From: an uncultured Candidatus Saccharibacteria bacterium
Lineage (GTDB): Bacteria; Patescibacteriota; Doudnabacteria; UBA920
Direction of reading: 5' to 3'
Length of the DNA stretch: 64,000 nt
Assembly: GCA_964532425.1 (NCBI GenBank)
Contig: CAZHIA010000005.1
Span: forward strand, 66,772-130,771
Below, one piece after another: positions 1 to 8,860 of this stretch. Each line of letters starts with the position of its first letter. Position 1 is the first letter of the stretch. A model generated the notes under the pieces. That model was not told where the DNA came from. It ran no database searches and was given only the letters and a program-made list of their open reading frames with translations. The translations under genes were made by a program, and so were the position numbers.

Positions 1-432
1 ATAGTGCTCGGAAGGGATCGGGAGCAAAGATTTAGCTAACAGCTTATAGCTTGCAGCTTGCAGGGTTTTTTCACCGGTCTTGGTCGTAAACAGCGTTCCT
101 GTGGCTTCGATAAAATCGCCTATGTCAAAATTATTGAGCAAAAACTTGAATTGTTCCTCGCCGATATTGTCGGATTTGAATAAAACTTGGATCTTGGCTG
201 TCCCGTCCTCAATATGAGAAAAGATCAGTTTGCCCATGGTGCGCCAGGAACGGATTCTCCCAACAAGCGTAACCGGAGTTTGCGCTTGGCTCAGCGTATC
301 AAACTGCTCCAAGACCTCCTGGTTAGCATGGGTTCGGTCCGTGGTCGAGGGGTACGGATCAACCCCAGCAGCTTTGAGCTGATCAAGGCGCTGCCTGCGG
401 AATTTGATGATGTCTTCTAATCTTTCTGACAT
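1..432 (-). CDS. lysS: Lysine--tRNA ligase (class II), N-terminal part, runs off the window edge
   Basis: Not in the ORF track. Manual translation gives MSERLEDIIKFRRQRLDQLKAAGVDPYP...VGRIRSWRTMGKLIFSHIEDGTAKIQV...FDIGDFIEATGTLFTTKTGEKTL...LLAKSLLPIP, the LysRS anticodon-binding OB fold. Downstream of greA. Confidence 0.93.
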   Translation of the reverse strand, partial: MSERLEDIIKFRRQRLDQLKAAGVDPYPSTTDRTHANQEVLEQFDTLSQAQTPVTLVGRIRSWRTMGKLIFSHIEDGTAKIQVLFKSDNIGEEQFKFLLNNFDIGDFIEATGTLFTTKTGEKTLQAASYKLLAKSLLPIPSEHY

Positions 433-441
433 AGTAGTTAC

Positions 442-493
442 TGTAGCGTGCCCATTTATGGGCTTCTTATGGCCGATAAATCGGCACGCTACA
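442..493. repeat. Inverted pair of GTAG-type REP-like palindromes (REPIN-like)
   Basis: GTAGCGTGCCCATTTATGGGC on + and GTAGCGTGCCGATTTATCGGC on -. Each has an internal hairpin, with a compensatory C-G/G-C swap between the two. Confidence 0.7.
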
Positions 494-628
494 CTATAGC
501 TTATGAATAATCTTGTTCAAATTATACCAAAAAGTGCGAAAAACAACAAAAAAGTACCAGTTGTTGACAAATTTGATAAAATATGACATTATACCAAGTT
601 CGTAACAAAGTTCAGGAGGGATTAAACG

Positions 629-967
629 ATGTTGTTTCCAGCTAATTTTCGCCTTAAGGACGACTCCAGGAAGCTGGTCGAGGGACTGACTGGGCCAATC
701 TGTTATTATGAGGGCTTCCATATAGATGCCCTGGTCTCCATGTACATTGTGGCCAAGATCAGCTGGCTGCAAAAGGCCGGCGTATGGGACGCCTTCTTGA
801 GGGGCGAAAGCGTCGACATCGAGGAGTTTTGTCCCAAAGACTTCTTGGGTTCGTTGGACCTGGTGGGGATGGGTACGCATGGCGTGCTGTTTGCCGCCAT
901 CGATCGATTGGCCAACGAACGGCTGAAGGGCATTGTCCCAAAGCCTGCAACTCCGGCGGAAACCTAG
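629..967 (+). CDS. Hypothetical protein (ORFan cassette)
   Basis: AGGAGG SD upstream, TTGACA at 564-569, hairpin terminator at 981-1006. Confidence 0.65.
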   Translation: MLFPANFRLKDDSRKLVEGLTGPICYYEGFHIDALVSMYIVAKISWLQKAGVWDAFLRGESVDIEEFCPKDFLGSLDLVGMGTHGVLFAAIDRLANERLKGIVPKPATPAET

Positions 968-980
968 ACAATCAAATCAC

Positions 981-1010
981 GAACGCGAGCCTGTGGGCTC
1001 GCGTTCTTCT
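981..1010 (+). terminator. Intrinsic terminator
   Basis: GAACGCGAGCC-TGTG-GGCTCGCGTTC followed by a T-rich tract. Confidence 0.65.
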
Positions 1011-1012
1011 TA

Positions 1013-1041
1013 TTGACTGGGGTAATCAAAAAACATATAAT
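1013..1041 (+). promoter_or_regulatory. Sigma70-type promoter
   Basis: TTGACT-N17-TATAAT. Confidence 0.75.
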
Positions 1042-1066
1042 GAGCCCACTCAAAGGAGGTGCTACC

Positions 1067-1267
1067 ATGAATATTGGCGAACCGACATTGCCTGATGTTT
1101 GGAGACTTTTTAAAATTACGTGGCCGATACTGCTCGGCACCTTGCTCTGCATACTGATGCTTTGCAGCCCGAACATACCAGTTAGCGATGCATGGATCAG
1201 TCTCTGTGCCCAGCTCGCCTTGTACGCCTGGGGCATTCGGCGGATGTTCAAGCTCACTCACCGCTGA
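1067..1267 (+). CDS. Small two-TM membrane protein (ORFan)
   Basis: AAGGAGGT SD before ATG 1067 (MNIGEPTLPDVW...). Two hydrophobic segments, own promoter and terminator. Confidence 0.65.
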   Translation: MNIGEPTLPDVWRLFKITWPILLGTLLCILMLCSPNIPVSDAWISLCAQLALYAWGIRRMFKLTHR

Positions 1268-1293
1268 TAACTCGCCGATTATCCCTATCGCAT

Positions 1294-1321
1294 AAAAGCG
1301 GACCTTGTTAGGTCCGCTTTT
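1294..1321. terminator. Bidirectional intrinsic terminator
   Basis: AAAAGCGGACCT-TGTT-AGGTCCGCTTTT between convergent genes. Confidence 0.8.
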
Positions 1322-1346
1322 CTATCAGTGATACAGTATCAATACC

Positions 1347-1808
1347 TTATTCAATCGAAACTATCTCGTACTCCATTTCCCCTGCCGGTGTGGCTACGGA
1401 GAATTTCTCATTGACTTTGCGGCCGAGCAGGGCTTTACCGACCAGTGACTCGTTTGAAATTTTGCCTTCCTTGGGGTTGGCTTCATTGCTGCCAACGATG
1501 GTGTAGGTCTTTTCTTGGCCTGCAACGCGGACATGGGCGGTCGAACCGATCATAATGGTGTTGCGATGCGCAGTAGTCTGGATAATCTCCGCGTTCTTGA
1601 TGATGTCTTCGATTTCCTGGATGCGGCCTTCAATGAAGCTTTGCTCCTCGCGGGCCTGGGCGTAATCAGCATTCTCGGAAAGGTCGCCATGGGCAGCCGC
1701 TTCGCGAATGCGCTCGATCACTTCCGGGCGCTTTTTTGCGATGAGTTCCTTTAATTCTTCATTAAGCTTGGTTAAGCCTTCAGCTGTTAGTAAATACTTT
1801 TTAGACAT
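1347..1808 (-). CDS. greA: Transcription elongation factor GreA
   Basis: MSKKYLLTAEGL..., HGDLSENADY, ISNESLVGKALLG. Start moved to ATG 1808. Confidence 0.97.
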   Translation of the reverse strand: MSKKYLLTAEGLTKLNEELKELIAKKRPEVIERIREAAAHGDLSENADYAQAREEQSFIEGRIQEIEDIIKNAEIIQTTAHRNTIMIGSTAHVRVAGQEKTYTIVGSNEANPKEGKISNESLVGKALLGRKVNEKFSVATPAGEMEYEIVSIE

Positions 1809-2002
1809 GTGAGTATGGAAGCTATATTGCTGCGAATTGTATGACGCGGAATATGCTTGAATGTTCAATATTAATTAATATATCCGCCCCGTAGGCGGAA
1901 TAATGTTCCTGACTGCGTATATTGTAAAGAAATGTCGTAATCTTGTCAATTTATTGGCAGTGTGGTATGATGTTTCGTTTTATTCAGATAAGGAGGATAG
2001 AT

Positions 2003-2362
2003 ATGGAATCATCAGATTCTCTCGGTAGACTGGACATCCCATATAACTGCAAATTGGAATCCAGCATGTATTGCCTCATTCAGGATGTTGCGAGCAAATG
2101 GGGCATCAGCTTTGATTCGGCAGTTCAGGGCATTCTCCACTTGGGAGCCAGAATTTACGAAGGCGCAGCACCTGGGCAATCGGTGTTTGTAGCAAATTCC
2201 GACGGAAGCGGTCCATTGCTTGAGGCAGGTAACTTTCCAGCAACTAAAGGACGGGCTACGGTTTACCGGGTCGATACTGAATGGAAAAAGCGTCGACGCA
2301 TTCAGAAAGGTGGACTCAATGGAGGAACGAGTATCGGAGAATCTCAAGGCGTGGCAGAATAA
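2003..2362 (+). CDS. Hypothetical protein
   Basis: AAGGAGG SD before ATG 2003 (MESSDSLG...); TG-extended TATGAT upstream. Confidence 0.6.
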   Translation: MESSDSLGRLDIPYNCKLESSMYCLIQDVASKWGISFDSAVQGILHLGARIYEGAAPGQSVFVANSDGSGPLLEAGNFPATKGRATVYRVDTEWKKRRRIQKGGLNGGTSIGESQGVAE

Positions 2363-2543
2363 ACGGGTCCGGATACTGTTCAAAGAAGAACATCCGAGAT
2401 ACCATACGCGTTTGTTCGAAGGAACCTTGAACTACTTTGACGAAAAACCTCTTGAACCCGGCCAATACTGGGGCATCCTCGATTTCGGCATGAGCATTAC
2501 ATTCGAAGCTGAAAATGTGGCTGAGGCCTGGCTCGTACCGTAA
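2319..2543 (+). CDS. Small hypothetical protein, possibly Sm/SH3-like beta fold
   Basis: MEERVSENLKAWQNKRVRILF...FEGTLNYFD. Overlaps the upstream ORF and ends at a terminator. Confidence 0.5.
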   Translation: MEERVSENLKAWQNKRVRILFKEEHPRYHTRLFEGTLNYFDEKPLEPGQYWGILDFGMSITFEAENVAEAWLVP

Positions 2544-2544
2544 C

Positions 2545-2577
2545 AAAACGGCTACCAACAATGGTAGCCGTTGTTTT
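2545..2577. terminator. Bidirectional intrinsic terminator
   Basis: AACGGCTACCA-ACAA-TGGTAGCCGTT with A and T tracts. Confidence 0.75.
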
Positions 2578-2624
2578 ATATTTGCAGGTTTTAATCCTTC
2601 AACGGGCTCAGGGTCAAGTCTAAA

Positions 2625-4691
<2,067 letters not shown>

Positions 4692-4929
4692 TTAAAATAA
4701 ATACAAAAATCAATCAAAAAATACTCAATCTTTCCTATTGAATCCCTACAAGAATTATAGCATAAAATTCGCAAAAAATCCATGAAAATTATGAAAATTT
4801 CCATCTTATATAAGAGGAATATTGGCAGTGTGGATTATCAGGTTTCTTAAGTAAACCACGGTAAAACAAAAAGGAGTCTTTAGCTTCAATAAAAGACTCC
4901 TGAACAGGCCCCTTTTTGTTAAATTTTTA

Positions 4930-6072
4930 CTACCTTAACTCCGCTTGATAGGTTTCCGCAGTCTGTTTGTACAGCTCATTTTGCAATGGCTCAACTTCTT
5001 CTGCCGTGAGAGTTCGTTCCGGGCTGCGGTAAATGACCCGGTAGGTGTAGCTCATACGGTCAGGTCCGAATTTGCCATCGTTTTCGTATTTATCAAGAAG
5101 CTCTACCTGTTCGACCAGGTCACCGCCTATGTGGCGGATGAGGTCAAAATAGTTATTGGGCACGAAGTCCTTTTTTACGATGAACGAAATGTCGCGAATT
5201 ACTGGCGGGAATTTGCTGACCTCGACGAATTTCTTGCCCATGTGCAGCTGTTTGGTCACCCGAGGGTCCTCACTCCAGAGCAGGCGGATATCCGGCAGAC
5301 TCATGCTGACTATGGCCAGGCGCTCCAGGCCAAAACCGAATGCCCACCCCGTGTAATTGGAAGAATCGACGCCAAGTTTTTCCAAGACTGATCCCTTGAC
5401 CACGCCGCAGCCGACGACTTCGACCCAATTGCCTTCTATTTCTACTTCCATTTCCAGGGAAGGGTCTGTATACGGGAACGTGTCGGGATTGAGACGGTAT
5501 TTTACCTCAGGCCCGAAAACAGCTTTGGCAATGGCTCCCAGAGCCTCTTCCAGGTCCTGTTGGCCCATGGTCTTCATGGCTTTCGGCACTAGGTACCAGC
5601 CATCAATTTGATGGAAGACATTCATGTGCTTGCGGTCTATTTCATCCTTGCGATAGACTTTGCCGAAACTGAACGAACCGACGGGTTGATTGTCCGCCAT
5701 GCGCTGTTTGACTGCTTCGTTCTGCAGATAGTAATACCACATAACGGTCGTGTGCGTCCGCAGGATATTGCTGTCGTCGACATAGTAGGTATCGGATTTG
5801 CTGCGTGCCGGATGGTCGGCAGGAAAATCGAACAGGTCAAAGCTGATATCAGCCGGAACAATCTCCGGAGTTTTGATAATATCGAGATCCTTAAAGTAGT
5901 CGCTTGCAAGAATCTTTTCGACGATTTCGGCGATAGGGCTGCCCGGGGTGCGCGAAAGATCGGGCATAGCAAGATACCGCCGGATGCGCTGAGCTTCGAA
6001 ATCCGTGCGCTTTTCGAGTTCTATTCTTAAACGCTGTTCCTCTTCCGTTGAAATGATGATTTCTGTTCTCAT
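4930..6072 (-). CDS. pheS: Single-chain phenylalanine--tRNA ligase: PheS catalytic domain fused to ferredoxin-fold anticodon-binding domain (mitochondrial-type architecture)
   Basis: DHPAR..DTYY, LRTHT, GKVYR.D.ID..H..VFHQ, FPYTDPS.E, GWAFGFGLERLA, then SKFPPVIRDISF...YRSPERTLT. Start moved to ATG 6072. Confidence 0.92.
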   Translation of the reverse strand: MRTEIIISTEEEQRLRIELEKRTDFEAQRIRRYLAMPDLSRTPGSPIAEIVEKILASDYFKDLDIIKTPEIVPADISFDLFDFPADHPARSKSDTYYVDDSNILRTHTTVMWYYYLQNEAVKQRMADNQPVGSFSFGKVYRKDEIDRKHMNVFHQIDGWYLVPKAMKTMGQQDLEEALGAIAKAVFGPEVKYRLNPDTFPYTDPSLEMEVEIEGNWVEVVGCGVVKGSVLEKLGVDSSNYTGWAFGFGLERLAIVSMSLPDIRLLWSEDPRVTKQLHMGKKFVEVSKFPPVIRDISFIVKKDFVPNNYFDLIRHIGGDLVEQVELLDKYENDGKFGPDRMSYTYRVIYRSPERTLTAEEVEPLQNELYKQTAETYQAELR

Positions 6073-6096
6073 AAAGTATTCAAATTTACTTAATAC

Positions 6097-6209
6097 ATCC
6101 GGCGTCATCCTGAACCCGACTGCAGCGGAGAGTGAAGCATCTCTTAAACTACTGGTTTAAGGGATTCTTCGTCACTCGGATGCACTCGCTCCTCAGAATG
6201 ACGCCGGAT
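6097..6209. mobile_element. Palindromic element (GTCATCCTGA...TCAGAATGAC type), intergenic copy
   Basis: Terminal inverted repeat ATCCGGCGTCATCCTGA / TCAGAATGACGCCGGAT. 40 of 43 nt shared with 11279-11321. Confidence 0.75.
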
Positions 6210-6243
6210 ATGGTAGTATTTTACTTAACTTCACTTATCGCTG

Positions 6244-6681
6244 TCAATTTTGTTCAATCATCCCCGGCTCAAACTGGTTCCCCGGCTTGGTATCTGGTTT
6301 GAGTATCATTATCCCCTTCCCTGGCTCGCTGGAGAGTCCAAGCTCGAAGGCCGCGCAGATCATACCTTGGCTTTCCACACCGCGGATCTTGGCTTTCTCA
6401 AGGACAAACGGCTCATGGGCCTCGCTATGGATGTTCTGCGGGATCTGGGCACCGGGCAGGGCCAGGGCCACCATGTCTCCGACTTCAAAGTTAAAGGCGC
6501 CACAGACAACCGGGTATATTTCTTTTTCACCATCCGTCAATTGAACGACCTGCAGCCGGTCGGCATTGGGATGCTTTTCTATAGCTAAAACTCGGGCTGT
6601 AATAATGCCAGAGTAGTTATTTGTTGGGTTTTTAGCCGGTGTGTTTTTGAATAGTCTTTGAAAAAATGAAAATAATTCCAT
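6244..6681 (-). CDS. Stand-alone tRNA-binding OB domain (PheT B2 / YtpR-like)
   Basis: EKHPNADRL, VVCGA.N, IRGVESQGMIC..ELG. Confidence 0.88.
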   Translation of the reverse strand: MELFSFFQRLFKNTPAKNPTNNYSGIITARVLAIEKHPNADRLQVVQLTDGEKEIYPVVCGAFNFEVGDMVALALPGAQIPQNIHSEAHEPFVLEKAKIRGVESQGMICAAFELGLSSEPGKGIMILKPDTKPGNQFEPGMIEQN

Positions 6682-6693
6682 AAAATTGATAAT

Positions 6694-6830
6694 TAACAAA
6701 TTTACAAATTAAATACTCTGTATTTGCTCCTCGGCTCGGATGTTGATTGTATTCAACATCTCTCGCCTTACGTCGCAAATAAAACTTACTGCGGCCCAAT
6801 TTGTTAATTTGTAAATTATTAAATTTGTTA
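6694..6830. repeat. Composite palindromic element with AT-rich 8-mer arms and a nested hairpin
   Basis: TAACAAATTTACAAATTAA ... TTAATTTGTAAATTATTAAATTTGTTA outside; TATTTGC...GCAAATA and GATGTTGA...TCAACATC inside. Confidence 0.65.
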
Positions 6831-8375
6831 ATAGTACCTGCATTCTTCCTGGTTGCACAGGTAGCCGGTGTAGCCGGTCGGGGCAGCGCTCAGCAAGGTC
6901 TTGAGGGTAAACGTATCAAAAGTGGCAGAAACTTTGTACTCATAATCGACACCGGAAAGAGGATCTTTCGGTATGGCAGAAATGTACTGAGGCACTAAGT
7001 CAGTCTTATACTTTTGTTCCGTAGGAAATACATATTCCTGATCGCCGGCAATATTATTGTTGCTGTACAGCAGAAGTGCCGTACGAATGCTCTCCATGTC
7101 AGATTTGCGCTGGTCGTCGTACATAGCAGCCTCAGTCTCTGTCTTATACCGTATGCCGTCCGAAGCTTTGAGCTTGATCAGCTGGTTTTGAGTCTCGCTG
7201 TAGAAAGTGAGGACATAATCCGTACCGTCATCGTTCGGCGTGTAGGTATACACGAATTCATTCTTGTTTATCGGGTCAACGGGATTCATAGCTACCCTCA
7301 GATATGGTTTTATAGACGAGACCATTTCGCTAAAATTCGTCGTCTTTGGGTATGTATCAAGGTCCTTCTTGTAATTCGTAAGGGCAATTGCAATGTTTTT
7401 CATGGTGGTCGTACGCTGTGCGTCACGATCTTGTTTTGCTTCCGGAGAACCGTCTGCAGCAGCTGATGAAGCGGAGTTTGTCGTCTCCGGGGTCGTGGAA
7501 GGAACAGCAGGAACTGTTGTACTGGTGGAAGTCGCTGGAGTGGCAGGGGTGAATTTATAGGTGGTTATTAAGACCTCACCCAGCGCGGTTATGGTCGGCT
7601 GGTGAAGATTAAACTGCTTCATCTTGGCCGTTATGGTATCAATCTCGGCCTGGGTCATGGCATTGCCCGTTTGCAAGCTATAACCGCCCTTGATAAAGTC
7701 GGAATCGGAATATTTTGGGTCTCCGGCAGAGTGACTATTGAGCGGATCGCTCATAAAGACATGAAATTCGTCGCCATCAGCAAGGCCATCCTGGTCTGAG
7801 TCCGGATTATTTGGATCGGTCTTCATTTTAAATTCTTCCTGATTGCTCAACCCGTCACGGTCCGCATCGGCATCCGGCCCGCACTGGTTCGGGCTTTGGC
7901 AGTTGTCTGTGTTGAAATATTTCACCAGCCAGTCTTTCCATTCCTGGGTATTTTCCACGGAAGAAGGTTCAGTTGAGCTGGCCTGGCCCTGGTCGTTCCC
8001 TGGTTGCTCCTTATTTGGTTTGGGTGCATTCTCATTCAAAACAATATCGCTTTTTGAAAGCGATACTACAAATTTTTCATAGATAAAATAGCCGGCAGCA
8101 CCTGCAACCGCCAAAATGACAATTATGATAATCCCCCATTTCATGTATTTATTCATTGGTCCGCGTGGTGCCTGCGCCGCCGGCGGTTCTTGCTCGATTT
8201 TTACCACCGGACTGACAACATCCCCGGTCTTTTTTTGGCGAGGCATGACATTATAAAACAAATACTCCGGTTCGGCGGATGCTTGAATTTTCTGTTCCTG
8301 ATCAGGCTGTGTCGGCTGTTGATCCGGTTTATCTGCGGGTTTGACGGGTTGAAGGTTAGGATTCTGGGTATCCAT
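6828..8375 (-). CDS. Membrane-anchored protein with DxDxDG Ca-binding repeats and two pilin/GspG-like C-terminal domains
   Basis: One TM segment, DADRDGLS and DSDQDGLAD, T/S/P linker, RDAQR....IAIALTNY...YP and DDQRKSD...IRTALLLY...FP...IPKDP. Confidence 0.75.
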   Translation of the reverse strand: MDTQNPNLQPVKPADKPDQQPTQPDQEQKIQASAEPEYLFYNVMPRQKKTGDVVSPVVKIEQEPPAAQAPRGPMNKYMKWGIIIIVILAVAGAAGYFIYEKFVVSLSKSDIVLNENAPKPNKEQPGNDQGQASSTEPSSVENTQEWKDWLVKYFNTDNCQSPNQCGPDADADRDGLSNQEEFKMKTDPNNPDSDQDGLADGDEFHVFMSDPLNSHSAGDPKYSDSDFIKGGYSLQTGNAMTQAEIDTITAKMKQFNLHQPTITALGEVLITTYKFTPATPATSTSTTVPAVPSTTPETTNSASSAAADGSPEAKQDRDAQRTTTMKNIAIALTNYKKDLDTYPKTTNFSEMVSSIKPYLRVAMNPVDPINKNEFVYTYTPNDDGTDYVLTFYSETQNQLIKLKASDGIRYKTETEAAMYDDQRKSDMESIRTALLLYSNNNIAGDQEYVFPTEQKYKTDLVPQYISAIPKDPLSGVDYEYKVSATFDTFTLKTLLSAAPTGYTGYLCNQEECRYY

Positions 8376-8417
8376 ATGAATAAGCGAACTCGGCACGCTT
8401 TTAAACTTTTTGTTTCT

Positions 8418-8792
8418 TTAAATTTTGAGATTAAAGAAGGCTTCGAGGCAGACGAGGAACATTATCAGTGTGGCTTCCACCCACCAGTACAAAAGACCTT
8501 GGGAAGATAAGATGATCGATGCTGTCAGCAATACAGCCAGGAGCAGGGCTTGGCGGAAACTGATACCGAAATTCAGGAGGAAGGCCGTGCGCGCTAAAGC
8601 TTGTCTGAATCCCAGTCCTACCAGCGTGGCCAGGCTGGTTACGAAGATGAAGACACTTGCATATAGAAATACGAAAGTAAGCGTGCTTGCTGTTTGCGGC
8701 TCTGTGTACGTCATAATTGCCCCTGTCGAGAAAGCCGCCAGGAACATACTCAGGAACAGATAGAACGTACTTTGTTTTGAAGATCTCAACAT
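8418..8792 (-). CDS. Four-TM membrane hypothetical protein
   Basis: Four hydrophobic segments, SFRQALL motif; co-directional with neighbours. Confidence 0.75.
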   Translation of the reverse strand: MLRSSKQSTFYLFLSMFLAAFSTGAIMTYTEPQTASTLTFVFLYASVFIFVTSLATLVGLGFRQALARTAFLLNFGISFRQALLLAVLLTASIILSSQGLLYWWVEATLIMFLVCLEAFFNLKI

Positions 8793-8808
8793 TTTGATTA
8801 TACCATAG

Positions 8809-8860
8809 ATCACTGATTAACACTAATCACTCCCCTTACTGTCAGTGTGTATCAGTGCAT
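8809..8860. repeat. Short imperfect inverted repeat
   Basis: CACTGATTAACACT ... AGTGTGTATCAGTG immediately after the helicase stop codon. Confidence 0.5.

Noticed and set aside
629-2577. ORFan cassettes as integron gene cassettes
   Set aside because: Flanking hairpins look like ordinary terminators, cassettes carry their own promoters, and no attC pattern or integrase is visible.
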